DNA of 64,000 bases from Alistipes sp. (GCA_017560425.1 JAFZEX010000028.1:3736-67735); one strand, 5' to 3'. Counted from the first letter of the stretch, positions 18,311 to 28,752 are shown. Notes: a model not told the origin generated them from the letters alone. Numbers and translations: made by a program.

Positions 18311-19839
18311 TAATGTTTGAAGTGACGCATACCTGTCATAAGCATCGTCATACCAAACTCATCAGCCTTCTTCACAGAGTCCTCGTCACGCACTGAGCCA
18401 CCAGGCTGCACAAGAGCTGTCACGCCATACTCACGAGCGAGAGTCACAGTGTCGTCGAATGGGAAGAAGCCGTCAGAGGCGAGCACAAGACCCTCGGTGA
18501 AGCCCGCTGCCTTAGCCTGCTTGAGAGCAATCTCAGCCGAGCCCACACGGTTCATCTGACCAGCACCCACACCAATGGTGTGACCGTCCTTAACTGCCAC
18601 GATGGCGTTAGACTTAACATGCTTAACAATACGCCAGCCGAAGTTCATATCCTCGAGCTCCTTAGCCGATGGTTTACGCTCAGTGGCACACATCTCGGCA
18701 ACAACCTCCTTAGTCTCGGTGTCGAGCTTCTGAACAAGCAAGCCGCCATTTACCGACACGTACTGAGTCTGTGTAACATCTGACTTGGTCATATCGACCT
18801 GCAAGAGGCGAAGGTTCTTCTTAGTGCAGAGAATCTCGAGCGCCTCCTCAGAGAACGATGGAGCCATGATAATCTCCAAGAAGATAGGCTTCATAAGCTC
18901 TGCCACCTCCTTTGTAATCTCACGGTTTACAGCCACGATACCGCCGAAGATACTTACTGTATCAGCCTCATAAGCCTTAGTCCACGCCTCTTTAATGTCA
19001 GCACCGATAGCAGCACCGCAAGGGTTCATATGCTTCAAGCCTACTGCAAATGGCTCGCTAAACTCACGCACGATGTTGAGCGCAGCGTTAGCATCCTGGA
19101 TATTGTTGTACGACATCTCCTTGCCGTTGAGCTGCTTAGCTGTAGCCAACGAGAATGGCACAACATCTGCCGAAGCGTAGAACTTAGCCTCCTGGTGAGG
19201 GTTCTCGCCGTAGCGCAACGACTGCACGAGGTCGAACGACGCAAACAACTTCTCGTTGAGCTCCGCCTGCTTGCGCATATATGTAGCGATGCACATATCG
19301 TACTCAGCAGTGTGGGTATAAGCCTTTGCCGAGAGTTCAAGGCGTGTCTTAGGGGTTGTGTTGCCCGTAGCCTCAATCTCGCTGATGATACGAGCATAGT
19401 CCTCAGGGTCGCACACAACAGTAACATCACGATAGTTCTTAGCTGCCGAGCGCAACATTGATGGGCCACCGATGTCGATATTCTCGATAGCATCCTCCAT
19501 CTTCACATCGGGCTTAGCAATAGTCTGGCGGAAAGGATAGAGGTTTACACACACCATGTCGATAAACTCGATAGAGTTCTCACGCAATGCCTGAAGGTGG
19601 CTCTCGTCGTCACGGCGTGCCAACAAACCGCCATGCACCTTAGGGTGAAGGGTCTTAACACGACCGTCACAAATCTCAGGGAAGCCCGTAACGTCGCTAA
19701 TGCCGATAGTCTCAACACCGCTATCGTCCAAAAGCTTCTGCGTACCACCTGTGGCAATAATCTCCCAACCAAGGCGACGTAGGTTCTGACAGAACTCCAC
19801 CACGCCACGCTTATCGCTAACACTAACTAATGCTCGCAT
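18310..19839 (-). CDS. purH: Bifunctional AICAR formyltransferase/IMP cyclohydrolase
   Basis: RALVSVSDK, GRVKTLHP, IDIGGP, LRYGENPHQ, ASDGFFPF, RHFKH. Confidence 0.97.
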   Translation of the reverse strand: MRALVSVSDKRGVVEFCQNLRRLGWEIIATGGTQKLLDDSGVETIGISDVTGFPEICDGRVKTLHPKVHGGLLARRDDESHLQALRENSIEFIDMVCVNLYPFRQTIAKPDVKMEDAIENIDIGGPSMLRSAAKNYRDVTVVCDPEDYARIISEIEATGNTTPKTRLELSAKAYTHTAEYDMCIATYMRKQAELNEKLFASFDLVQSLRYGENPHQEAKFYASADVVPFSLATAKQLNGKEMSYNNIQDANAALNIVREFSEPFAVGLKHMNPCGAAIGADIKEAWTKAYEADTVSIFGGIVAVNREITKEVAELMKPIFLEIIMAPSFSEEALEILCTKKNLRLLQVDMTKSDVTQTQYVSVNGGLLVQKLDTETKEVVAEMCATERKPSAKELEDMNFGWRIVKHVKSNAIVAVKDGHTIGVGAGQMNRVGSAEIALKQAKAAGFTEGLVLASDGFFPFDDTVTLAREYGVTALVQPGGSVRDEDSVKKADEFGMTMLMTGMRHFKH

Positions 19840-19851
19840 ATCTTATCGTTA

Positions 19852-20433
19852 TTAATATTTCTTATTTATCAATTTGTTAATAGTCTTAACATAGAGCTTG
19901 TGCTCGATGTTGTGAATGAGGTTGGTAAGCTCCTCAATGTCGTCACCCTCGTAGACAATAGCGCCCTGATCAATAATGCGACCACCGTCCAAAGTTTCAT
20001 CAACGAAATGGGTAGTGACACCAAATATCTTGACACCATAGTCCACAGCATCCTGAATGGCGTGAGCACCCTTGAACGAAGGGAGCAACGATGGGTGGAT
20101 ATTTACGATGCGCTGCTCGTAGCGCTCCAACAGCACCTTGCCCACGATGCGCATATATCCTGCAAGACAGATAAAGTCTACCTTACGCTCGTCGAGCATG
20201 GTAGCCAACATCGTTTCGTAAGCCTCACGTGAGGCATACTCCTTAGGATTAAACGCAAAGCTCTCAGTGCCAAAACGCTCGGCACGCTCCAACACCTTTG
20301 CACCTGGCTTATCGCATACCAACAGCACAATCTCGGCATCGATGCGACCATCTTGGCAAGCCTCAGCGATAGCCTGATAGTTGCTACCGCTGCCACTTGC
20401 AAAGACTGCCAATCTTGTCTTTTTCATAGCCAA
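19852..20433 (-). CDS. purN: Phosphoribosylglycinamide formyltransferase
   Basis: SGSGSN, LAGYMRI, NIHPSLLP, HFVDETLDGG. Confidence 0.97.
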   Translation of the reverse strand: MAMKKTRLAVFASGSGSNYQAIAEACQDGRIDAEIVLLVCDKPGAKVLERAERFGTESFAFNPKEYASREAYETMLATMLDERKVDFICLAGYMRIVGKVLLERYEQRIVNIHPSLLPSFKGAHAIQDAVDYGVKIFGVTTHFVDETLDGGRIIDQGAIVYEGDDIEELTNLIHNIEHKLYVKTINKLINKKY

Positions 20434-20435
20434 AA

Positions 20436-21464
20436 TTAGATAATTGTTACGCCCTCACCCTCGATAACACGGCCGATAACCGAAGCCTTCTCGCCGCACT
20501 CAGCAAGGATAGAGATAGCCTTCTCGGCATCTGCCTCAGGCAATGCGATAACCATACCGATACCCATGTTGAAGATGTTGAACATCTCACGATGAGCAAC
20601 CTTACCATACTTCTCCAAGAGGCGGAAGATAGGCAAAATCTCCCAAGTGCCCTCCTTAACCTCGACACCCTGGCCCTCCTTCAAGATACGTGGAATGTTC
20701 TCGTCGAAGCCACCGCCTGTGATGTGGCTAATGCCGTGAACGTCGCACTCAGCTATAACCTTCAACACCTGCTTAACATAGATGCGTGTAGGAGCCAAAA
20801 GAGCATCGCCCAAAGTGCGGTCGCCAAGCTCCTCATACTTCTCTGCAAGCTTAAGGTTGTTGTCGCTAACCACCTTACGCACAAGGCTGAAGCCGTTAGA
20901 GTGAACACCTGTAGAGGCGATACCCACCAACACATCACCAACCTTAACACGCTCGCCAGCGTCGATGAGCTTAGAGCGCTCAACAACACCTACGGTGAAG
21001 CCAGCGATATCGTACTCGCCATCCTGATACATGCCTGGCATCTCGGCAGTCTCACCACCAACCAAGGCACAACCAGCCTGACGGCAACCCTCAGCAACAC
21101 CCGCAACGATAGCCTCGACCTTAGCAGGCTCGTTGTGACCCACTGCAACATAGTCGAGGAAGACGAGTGGCTCAGCACCCTGCGCCAAAACGTCGTTTAC
21201 GCACATAGCAACAGCGTCGATACCGATAGTATCGTGCTTATCCATCTCGAACGCAAGCTTAAGCTTAGTACCTACACCATCAGTACCGCTAACCAACACA
21301 GGCTCCTTAATGTTGAGTGCTGCAAGGTCGAACATGCCACCAAAAGCACCAATATTACCCATAGAACCAACACGCTTGGTTGATGCTACATGCGACTTAA
21401 TGCGTCGAACAACTTCGTAACCAGCCTCAAGATTTACACCGGCTGCTTCGTAACTTTTTGCCAT
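20436..21464 (-). CDS. purM: AIR synthetase
   Basis: [40 protein letters not shown]. Confidence 0.97.
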   Translation of the reverse strand: MAKSYEAAGVNLEAGYEVVRRIKSHVASTKRVGSMGNIGAFGGMFDLAALNIKEPVLVSGTDGVGTKLKLAFEMDKHDTIGIDAVAMCVNDVLAQGAEPLVFLDYVAVGHNEPAKVEAIVAGVAEGCRQAGCALVGGETAEMPGMYQDGEYDIAGFTVGVVERSKLIDAGERVKVGDVLVGIASTGVHSNGFSLVRKVVSDNNLKLAEKYEELGDRTLGDALLAPTRIYVKQVLKVIAECDVHGISHITGGGFDENIPRILKEGQGVEVKEGTWEILPIFRLLEKYGKVAHREMFNIFNMGIGMVIALPEADAEKAISILAECGEKASVIGRVIEGEGVTII

Positions 21465-21479
21465 ACTTATATATATTTT

Positions 21480-22889
21480 TTATTTATTACTCAACTTATT
21501 ATGATACAACGACGTTGGATAGCAGCCGTTGAAACATGACATACACAACTCCTTGCGATTACCTGCCTTGAGCAACGACTCCTCCGACAAGAACTCCAAC
21601 GAGTCGGCCTCGATAGCCTTGCAAGCCTCGTCCTTCGACATACGAGCACACAACAACTCCTCACGTGTAGACATGTCGATGCCGTAGAAGCAAGGGTTAG
21701 TGATTGCTGGGCTGGCGATACGCACATGCACCTCCTTAGCTCCAGCCTCCTTCAAAAGGCGAACAATACGAAGCGAGGTAGTACCACGCACAATAGAGTC
21801 GTCGATAAGCACCACACGCTTATCCTTAACCAACGAGCGTACTGCCGAGAGCTTCATGCGAACACCCTTCTCGCGCATCTCCTGCGAAGGCTGGATAAAG
21901 GTACGTGCGATATACTTATTCTTGATAAGACCCATCTCATAAGGGATACCACTTGCCTCCGAGTAGCCGATAGCGGCGCTGATGCTCGAGTCGGGAACAC
22001 CGATAACAACATCTGCATCGACAGGCGACTGCTCGTAGAGATACTTACCCGAGAGCTTACGGAAGGTATGCACGTTGCAACCCTCGATATCGCTATCAGG
22101 GCGAGCAAAGTAGATATACTCCATAGCGCACATCAGGTGACGCTGATACAACGAGTAGTGGTTTGTGCGAATGCCGTGGTGGTCGATAGTAATGATCTCA
22201 CCTGGCTCGATATCACGAATATACTCAGCACCAACAATATCCAGAGCACATGTCTCAGAGCTGATAACATAGCCCTCGCCAAGCTTACCCAAGGCCAAAG
22301 GACGCAAGCCATGCTTATCACGACAAGCATAGATACGGTTCTTGGTCATAATCAAGAATGCGAAGGCACCCTCCAACATATTGAGAGCCTCGGTGATGTT
22401 GTCGATACGCTTATCCTCGCTCTTATCCTTCTTCACAAGGTGAGCCAAGAGCTCACTATCGCTCGACGAGTGGAACAACGAGCCACGCACCTCGAGATAG
22501 TGGGCAAGCTCCTTAGAGTTCACCAAGTTACCATTGTGTGCAAGGGCAAAGTCACCCGTATGGTGGCTAAATTGGAAAGGCTGCACGTTGTTAGCACCAC
22601 CGCCACCCGTAGTAGCGTAGCGCACATGGCCGATAGCGATGTTACCCTTGAGCTTCGAGAGCTTCTGCTGGTTGAACACCTCGGTAACAAGACCCTCGCC
22701 CTTGACAGTATTTAGCTTCTCGCCATCGAATGCCGAGATACCACACGCCTCCTGACCACGATGCTGCAAAGCATGAAGACCATAGTAGGCAAGGTTGGCA
22801 GCATCTTCAACACCGAAGATACCAAACACACCGCACTCCTCGTGCAGGTCATCGCCATAAATATCTAATGAATCTTTAAGCATACTCAA
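21480..22889 (-). CDS. purF: Amidophosphoribosyltransferase (propeptide, Fe-S type)
   Basis: HEE/CGVFG N-terminal nucleophile, QHRGQE, HVRY, DDSIVRGTT and four Fe-S cysteines. Confidence 0.97.
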   Translation of the reverse strand: MSMLKDSLDIYGDDLHEECGVFGIFGVEDAANLAYYGLHALQHRGQEACGISAFDGEKLNTVKGEGLVTEVFNQQKLSKLKGNIAIGHVRYATTGGGGANNVQPFQFSHHTGDFALAHNGNLVNSKELAHYLEVRGSLFHSSSDSELLAHLVKKDKSEDKRIDNITEALNMLEGAFAFLIMTKNRIYACRDKHGLRPLALGKLGEGYVISSETCALDIVGAEYIRDIEPGEIITIDHHGIRTNHYSLYQRHLMCAMEYIYFARPDSDIEGCNVHTFRKLSGKYLYEQSPVDADVVIGVPDSSISAAIGYSEASGIPYEMGLIKNKYIARTFIQPSQEMREKGVRMKLSAVRSLVKDKRVVLIDDSIVRGTTSLRIVRLLKEAGAKEVHVRIASPAITNPCFYGIDMSTREELLCARMSKDEACKAIEADSLEFLSEESLLKAGNRKELCMSCFNGCYPTSLYHNKLSNK

Positions 22890-22891
22890 CT

Positions 22892-23608
22892 CTATTTTAA
22901 GACATTGGCAATACGTTTTGCCACCTCCTCATATGTCTCACGCACATGACCGAGGTCACGACGGAAACGATCCTTATCCATGCGCTCGCCTGTGGCAGTA
23001 TCCCACAAGCGACAAGTGTCGGGTGTGAGCTCGTCGGCAAGCACGAGGTTGCCTTCGGCATCACGACCAAACTCGATCTTGAAATCAACGAGCGTGATAC
23101 CCGCCTGAGCGAGCACCTCCTGAAGAAGCAAGTTTGCCTTTGCCGAGATCTCGTAAATCTTAGCCAACTCGTCATACGATGCCAAGCCCAAAGCTACGGC
23201 ATGGTGGTCGTTGATGAGTGGATCGCCAAGCTCCTCGCCACGCAAGCATAGGTCGAAAATGGTGTTCTCGGGCTCGAGACCCTCCTCCAAGCCAAGACGC
23301 TTAGCCATAGAGCCAGCGATGATGTTGCGCACAATAATCTCCAATGGAATATGCTCGACAACACGGCACAACTGCTCGTCGTCAGCCACCTGCTCAACAT
23401 AGTGTGTTGCCACACCATGCTCATTTAGATAGCCAAGCAACATTGACGAGATAGCGCAGTTCATCTTGCCCTTATTCTCGATCTTTGCTCGCTTAATGTT
23501 GTAGAATGCCGTAGCATCGTCCTTGAAGCGGATAACAACCTTACCCTCGTCGTCGGTGCGAAAAATCTGCTTGCTCTTACCTTCGTATTGAAGTTCCAAC
23601 TTTGTCAT
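22892..23608 (-). CDS. purC: SAICAR synthetase
   Basis: YEGKSK, KDDATAF, PLEIIVRN, DFKIEFG, LADELTPDTCRLWD, DKDRFR. Confidence 0.95.
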   Translation of the reverse strand: MTKLELQYEGKSKQIFRTDDEGKVVIRFKDDATAFYNIKRAKIENKGKMNCAISSMLLGYLNEHGVATHYVEQVADDEQLCRVVEHIPLEIIVRNIIAGSMAKRLGLEEGLEPENTIFDLCLRGEELGDPLINDHHAVALGLASYDELAKIYEISAKANLLLQEVLAQAGITLVDFKIEFGRDAEGNLVLADELTPDTCRLWDTATGERMDKDRFRRDLGHVRETYEEVAKRIANVLK

Positions 23609-23613
23609 AACAA

Positions 23614-26600
23614 CTATTTGTTAAGAAAGTAGTTTACAGCATTTGCGAAGATATCCTGAATCTTCTCGCCATGGATATTCTTCATAAGGTCACGCTCGTA
23701 ACGCTCGGTGTGGCCCATCTTACCCAAGATCTGACCTGATGGGTCGATGATACCCTCGATACCAAAGCTTGAGCCGTTAGGGTTATATGGCGAGTCAGTT
23801 GTTGGGCGGTTCTCAGCATCAACATACTGGAATGCCACCTGACCATTGCGGAAGAGCTGCTCAGCGAGCAGGTCGCTAACAACGAACTTACCCTCACCGT
23901 GGCTAACAGCGATAGAGTGAACATCGCCCACCTCGAACGACTTGAGCCATGGCGACGCAGTAGTGCCCACACGTGTAGATACAATCTGCGAGATATGGCG
24001 GTTGATGTCGTTGCGGAACAATGTTGGCGACTCCTTAGTTACCATGCCCAAACGGCCGTAAGGCAACAAGCCCGACTTAACCAAAGCCTGGAAGCCGTTG
24101 CAGATACCAAGCATCAAGCCACCACGATCCAACAAGGCGTGAATAGCGTCGGCAACAACCTTATTGTTGAGCACGTTAGCGATAAACTTACCGCTACCAT
24201 CTGGCTCGTCACCTGCCGAGAAACCACCAGCCAATGCCATGATGTGGCAACGGTCGATATGCTCCTTCATCTCCTCGATAGAGGCAAATACGTCGTCACC
24301 TGTAAGGTTCTTGAATACTGTCATCTCAACCTCGGCACCAGCACGCTCAAAGGCACGAGCAGTGTCGTAGTCGCAGTTAGTACCTGGGAACACAGGGATA
24401 TAGACCTTAACCTTATCAACCTTAGGACCAGCATACTGCTTAACGAAGCCCTTGCCATCGCTCATGCGAGTAGGCTCGCCAGCCTTACCCTTATCGGCGT
24501 AGATTGTTGTATACTTCTCGGTGTTAGCCTCCAACAACTCCTCCAAAGGAAGACGTGTGCTATTCACGAAGATAGCCTCCTCGTTGATGGTCTTACCGAT
24601 AAGCTCCACAGATGGGTGGTTGAGTGTGCGGCAGCTCTCAACAACGATAGAGCCGTAAGAGTAGTTGTACAACATCTGCTCATCGCACTCTACCGAAGCA
24701 CCGATCTTATTACCAAACGACATCTTAGCCACAGCCTCGGCAACACCACCAAAGCCAACAGCCCATGCCGACTTAACGTCGCCCTGCATGATCTTCTCCG
24801 ACACAAAGTCGAAGTTAGACTTGAGCTGCTCGACGTTTGGCATATAGTTAGCCTCAGGAGTGTGACGTACTATATATATATAGTTGCCACCCTCTTTAAA
24901 CTCTGGGCTAATAACGTTGCGAGCATCAACAGTAGTAATACCGAATGCCATGAGCATTGGTGGCACGTTGATGTCACGGAATGTTCCACTCATAGAGTCC
25001 TTACCACCGATAGATGGCAAGCCGAGCTCCACCTGCATCTTCAAAGCACCAAGCAACGCTGAGAGAGGCTTACCCCACGATGTAGCGTCGGTCATGCGCT
25101 CGAAGTACTCCTGGTATGAGAAGCGCATATTGTTGTAGCGAGCACCCGCAGCAACAACCTTGGCACAAGCATCAACAACAGCATATGCTGCACCATGGTA
25201 TGGGCTCCACTTAGCGATAAATGGGTTGTAGCCATAAGCCATAATGCTTGCCGTGTTAGTGAAGCCGCCACCTACAGGCAACTTCTGCACAGACACCTGA
25301 GTCTCGGTGCACTGAGTCTTACCACCATAAGGCATCAACACTGTTGAAGCGCCGATGGTAGAGTCGAACATCTCAATAAGGCCCTTCTGCGATAGTACGT
25401 TATCGTCAGAGAGGTTATTCTTCATGCGCTTAGTGGTGGTAACACCCTCGATCTTACGCTCGAATGGGTTGATGTTCTCCACTGCGCCAATATTAATCTT
25501 TGTGTAGTGCTTAGCACCTGCCGAGTCGATAAAGTCACGTGATAGATCAACAACAACCTTATCCTCCCAATACATACGCATACGGCGAGTATCGGTAACA
25601 TCGGCAACATACGTAACCTCAACATTCTCCTCGTGGCACAACGCCATGAACTGCTCCATGTCCTTGCGCTCGATGACTACAGACATACGCTCCTGCGACT
25701 CGCTGATAGCCAACTCCGAGAAGTTCAAACCCTTATACTTTGTAGGCACACGGTCAAGGTAGATATCCAAGCCGTCGGTAAGCTCGCCAATAGCCACGCT
25801 CACACCACCAGCACCAAAGTCGTTAGACTTCTTAATGAGGCGTGTTACGTCGCCACGACGGAACAAGCGTGAAAGCTTGCGCTCCTCAGGAGCATTACCC
25901 TTCTGCACCTCTGAGCTACACTCCTCCAACGAGTTTAGTGTATGCTCCTTCGATGAGCCTGTTGCGCCACCCACGCCATCACGGCCTGTGCGACCACCAA
26001 GCAACAATACCACATCGCCTGGCGTTGGGCTCTCACGGCGCACATTGTCAGCCTTAACAGCACCAACAACAGCACCTACCTCCAAGCGTTTAGCAACATA
26101 GTCGGGGTGATATACCTCACGAACGTGTGTTGTAGCCAAGCCAATCTGGTTACCATAGCTCGAGTAGCCAGCAGCGGCCTTAGTCGAGATGATGCGCTGT
26201 GGAAGCTTACCCTCCATAGTCTCATCAACAGGCTTATAGATATCGCCAGCACCCGTAACACGCATAGCCTGGTATACGTAGCTACGACCTGACAATGGGT
26301 CACGAATAGCGCCACCAAGACATGTTGAAGCACCACCAAATGGCTCAATCTCTGTTGGGTGGTTGTGAGTCTCATTTTTGAACTGAAGCAACCAGCGCTG
26401 CAACTCGCCATCAACATCTACATTCACGAAGATAGAGCATGCGTTATTCTCCTCGCTCTGCTCCATATCGTCGAGCTTGCCATGCTTCTTGAGGTAGCGA
26501 GCACCGATTGTTGCAAGCTCCATAAGGCAAAGACTCTTATTCTCACGACCGAGCTCCTCGCGAATGTTGCGCATAAGCTCGAGCGATGACTCGAACTCAG

Positions 26601-27321
26601 CCTTCATGAACGACTCGTCGAGGGTAATCTCCTCGATCTCAGTAGTAAATGTTGTATGACGGCAGTGGTCACTCCAATATGTATCGAGGATACGGAGCTC
26701 TGTCTCCATAGGGTCACGACCCTCAGCCTTGAAGTAATTAACAACCTCACGCAAGTCGTCGGCATTCATAGCCAAACCATTAGCCTTGCAGTATGGCGCC
26801 AACTCCTCCTCCTTCATATCACGGAAGCCCTCAAGCACGGGCACAGGCTTAATCTCTGCCGACTCAGCATCGCTCAACACCTCAAGGTTCTTCTTGCGTG
26901 ACTCAACAGCGTTGATATAGTACTTCTCGATGCGAGCCAACACCTCAGGAGTTACGCTGGCATCGAACACAAGAATATGTGACGACTTAATCTTAACCTC
27001 GGCATTAGGCTCGATAAGGTGCACGCAATCAACAGCAGATGCAGCACGCTGGTCGAACTGTCCAGGAAGGAACTCGACAGCGAGGAATGGCATGCCAGCC
27101 ATGTCGCACTCGTCGGTAACCGAGTCAGTAACAACCTCTCCAAATACCGAGTAACGGCTCTTCTCAACAAGCTCGTCGCTGAAGCCGAAGAGGTCGTAAA
27201 CATTGATATAGCGGAGGCTCTCGATGTTTAGGCCAAGGTTTGTATTTAGCTCACGACGCAAGGTCTCAGCCTCGACCTGAAATCGTGGATATTTCTCAAC
27301 GAATATACGGCGATTCTTCAT
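23614..27321 (-). CDS. purL: Phosphoribosylformylglycinamidine synthase, single large chain (clostridial/streptococcal type)
   Basis: YWSDHCRH, KNETHNHPT, SESQERM; glutaminase domain FPGTNC, GICNGFQ and GHTER intact. Confidence 0.97.
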   Translation of the reverse strand: MKNRRIFVEKYPRFQVEAETLRRELNTNLGLNIESLRYINVYDLFGFSDELVEKSRYSVFGEVVTDSVTDECDMAGMPFLAVEFLPGQFDQRAASAVDCVHLIEPNAEVKIKSSHILVFDASVTPEVLARIEKYYINAVESRKKNLEVLSDAESAEIKPVPVLEGFRDMKEEELAPYCKANGLAMNADDLREVVNYFKAEGRDPMETELRILDTYWSDHCRHTTFTTEIEEITLDESFMKAEFESSLELMRNIREELGRENKSLCLMELATIGARYLKKHGKLDDMEQSEENNACSIFVNVDVDGELQRWLLQFKNETHNHPTEIEPFGGASTCLGGAIRDPLSGRSYVYQAMRVTGAGDIYKPVDETMEGKLPQRIISTKAAAGYSSYGNQIGLATTHVREVYHPDYVAKRLEVGAVVGAVKADNVRRESPTPGDVVLLLGGRTGRDGVGGATGSSKEHTLNSLEECSSEVQKGNAPEERKLSRLFRRGDVTRLIKKSNDFGAGGVSVAIGELTDGLDIYLDRVPTKYKGLNFSELAISESQERMSVVIERKDMEQFMALCHEENVEVTYVADVTDTRRMRMYWEDKVVVDLSRDFIDSAGAKHYTKINIGAVENINPFERKIEGVTTTKRMKNNLSDDNVLSQKGLIEMFDSTIGASTVLMPYGGKTQCTETQVSVQKLPVGGGFTNTASIMAYGYNPFIAKWSPYHGAAYAVVDACAKVVAAGARYNNMRFSYQEYFERMTDATSWGKPLSALLGALKMQVELGLPSIGGKDSMSGTFRDINVPPMLMAFGITTVDARNVISPEFKEGGNYIYIVRHTPEANYMPNVEQLKSNFDFVSEKIMQGDVKSAWAVGFGGVAEAVAKMSFGNKIGASVECDEQMLYNYSYGSIVVESCRTLNHPSVELIGKTINEEAIFVNSTRLPLEELLEANTEKYTTIYADKGKAGEPTRMSDGKGFVKQYAGPKVDKVKVYIPVFPGTNCDYDTARAFERAGAEVEMTVFKNLTGDDVFASIEEMKEHIDRCHIMALAGGFSAGDEPDGSGKFIANVLNNKVVADAIHALLDRGGLMLGICNGFQALVKSGLLPYGRLGMVTKESPTLFRNDINRHISQIVSTRVGTTASPWLKSFEVGDVHSIAVSHGEGKFVVSDLLAEQLFRNGQVAFQYVDAENRPTTDSPYNPNGSSFGIEGIIDPSGQILGKMGHTERYERDLMKNIHGEKIQDIFANAVNYFLNK

Positions 27322-27343
27322 AATCGTTTAGGGGTTATAACGT

Positions 27344-27820
27344 TTAGCACTGTGGGAGTTCTGCAGCAAGCACCTTCTCGGTCTGCGCCTTGCGGAAAGC
27401 GATAAGACGCTCCTCAAGGGTCTTGTCGGTAAGGGCAAAGATTGATGCAGCGATAAGCGCAGCATTCTTAGCGCCATTGATAGCTGTGGTAGACACTGGA
27501 ATACCACCAGGCATCTGCACAATAGAGAGCAAAGAGTCCATACCACCGAGAGCCGATGTCTTGATAGGCACACCGATAACGGGAACTGTGGTCAATGCCG
27601 CAGTAACACCTGCAACGTGGGCAGCACCACCAGCACCAGCAATGATAGCGCCAATACCACGCTCACGAGCCGACTCAGCATACTCAACCATAAGGTGTGG
27701 AGTGCGGTGTGCGCTGATAACACGCTTCTCGTACTCGATACCCAACTCCTCCAAAGTCTCAACAGCGGCCTTCATAACATCCCAGTCGCTGGTAGAACCC
27801 ATAATAACTGCTACTTTCAT
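27344..27820 (-). CDS. purE: N5-CAIR mutase (class I PurE)
   Basis: MGSTSD, SAHRTP, GAGGAAH, PVIGVP, QMPGG. Confidence 0.97.
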   Translation of the reverse strand: MKVAVIMGSTSDWDVMKAAVETLEELGIEYEKRVISAHRTPHLMVEYAESARERGIGAIIAGAGGAAHVAGVTAALTTVPVIGVPIKTSALGGMDSLLSIVQMPGGIPVSTTAINGAKNAALIAASIFALTDKTLEERLIAFRKAQTEKVLAAELPQC

Positions 27821-27849
27821 AATATTTAGTTTTATAATTCGATTTATTC

Positions 27850-27885
27850 AAAACAAAAACCGCCAAACATCTGAATGTCAGCGGC
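27850..27885 (-). terminator. Leader terminator (putative attenuator) upstream of purE
   Basis: Minus-strand GCCGCTGACAT-TCAG-ATGTTTGGCGGT followed by TTTTGTTTT, between the promoter and the purE ATG. Confidence 0.75.
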
Positions 27886-27895
27886 CTATAACTTT

Positions 27896-28024
27896 TCACT
27901 CCATATCCTCAAAGCGCTCTACGGCTACACCACAAGCACACACCACCTCGGCGAGCGATTGCATACCCTGCTCGTGCACGGCATCATGCGCTATATTCGA
28001 GCCATACATGCTACGAATTTTCAT
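27896..28024 (-). CDS. Putative pur operon leader peptide (42 aa; alternative start at 28060)
   Basis: MKIRSMYGSNIAHDAVHEQGMQSLAEVVCACGVAVERFEDME; lies between the -7 promoter element and a terminator starting 10 nt after the stop. Confidence 0.55.
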   Translation of the reverse strand: MKIRSMYGSNIAHDAVHEQGMQSLAEVVCACGVAVERFEDME

Positions 28025-28064
28025 AGTCGAAGTGTTGGGGTATAGAGTAATTATATTCATGCAA

Positions 28065-28072
28065 CAAAGATA
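28065..28072 (-). promoter_or_regulatory. -7 element TATCTTTG for the pur leader/operon
   Basis: CAAAGATA on the plus strand; TAnnTTTG consensus. Confidence 0.65.
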
Positions 28073-28245
28073 GTGATAATTTCTTAAATAAGAAATAGCC
28101 CAAAGCGCATTTATCAACTTTTTATGAACAAACGCAGATTGGAACACAAAACAGCATAGGGGCAATAGAGGAAATAGGGTTAATGGAAGCGATAGGGAGA
28201 GCTAAAATATTTATTGAATTTTAGTGCTCGGAGTTAATTTATTTA

Positions 28246-28356
28246 ATAGTGAATTTAGGAAGTTTAAGGAGTTTAGAGAGTTTAGAGAATTAATTAAAGC
28301 ATTACAACATATCACAATCACTATACTCTTTAGACTCACTAAATTCCCTAAGTTCC
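28246..28356. repeat. Inverted 9-mer array hairpin (GAATTTAGG-type), copy 1
   Basis: GAATTTAGG AAGTTTAAG GAGTTTAGA GAGTTTAGA ... CACTAAATT CCCTAAGTT; 20-mer TCACTAAATTCCCTAAGTTC recurs at 39779-39798. Confidence 0.75.
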
Positions 28357-28593
28357 ATTTGTTATATTATCATCTACAAACAACAATCAACACTGATACA
28401 GCAATACACATAGTAAAATCAAATATTTAACACAACAAATAGAACAAAACAGAGGGTAAAAGTTCTACTAATAACGCTTAGTTTGATAAAAACTTTTTAC
28501 TTCAGCCATTCATCACGTCCACCCTATTTCAACTCTCTTTGCAACCACATCCTAACAACCCTTATAATTTTTAAAAATTATCTCTACATTTTC

Positions 28594-28624
28594 TTGCACG
28601 GTTCACAAAAAATCTTTATCTTTG
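28594..28624 (+). promoter_or_regulatory. pyr operon promoter TTG-N20-TATCTTTG
   Basis: Bacteroidota consensus; ends 19 nt upstream of the leader ATG. Confidence 0.7.
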
Positions 28625-28643
28625 CGCAAATTATAATAATACT

Positions 28644-28748
28644 ATGAAACAAGCGCTAAATAATCGTTGCAACTACACTCCTCAGCAGGAGCAGATGCCG
28701 GGTTATTTTCCCTTGTTTAATTCATTTGGAAATACTGTTTTTAACTAA
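28644..28748 (+). CDS. Putative pyr operon leader peptide (34 aa; not in the ORF track)
   Basis: MKQALNNRCNYTPQQEQMPGYFPLFNSFGNTVFN*; contains hairpin CTCCT-CAGC-AGGAG, then U-rich tracts; stop is 4 nt before the terminator. Confidence 0.6.
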   Translation: MKQALNNRCNYTPQQEQMPGYFPLFNSFGNTVFN

Positions 28749-28752
28749 TATT

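Noticed and set aside
20592-25062. Long plus-strand ORFs (263, 329 and 387 aa) antisense to purM, purF and purL
   Set aside because: Shadow frames opposite well-conserved genes, expected from the strong codon bias; no recognisable motifs.
28224-28430. 68-aa ORF with EFRKFKEFREFRE
   Set aside because: Translation of the 9-mer array; no support as a gene.
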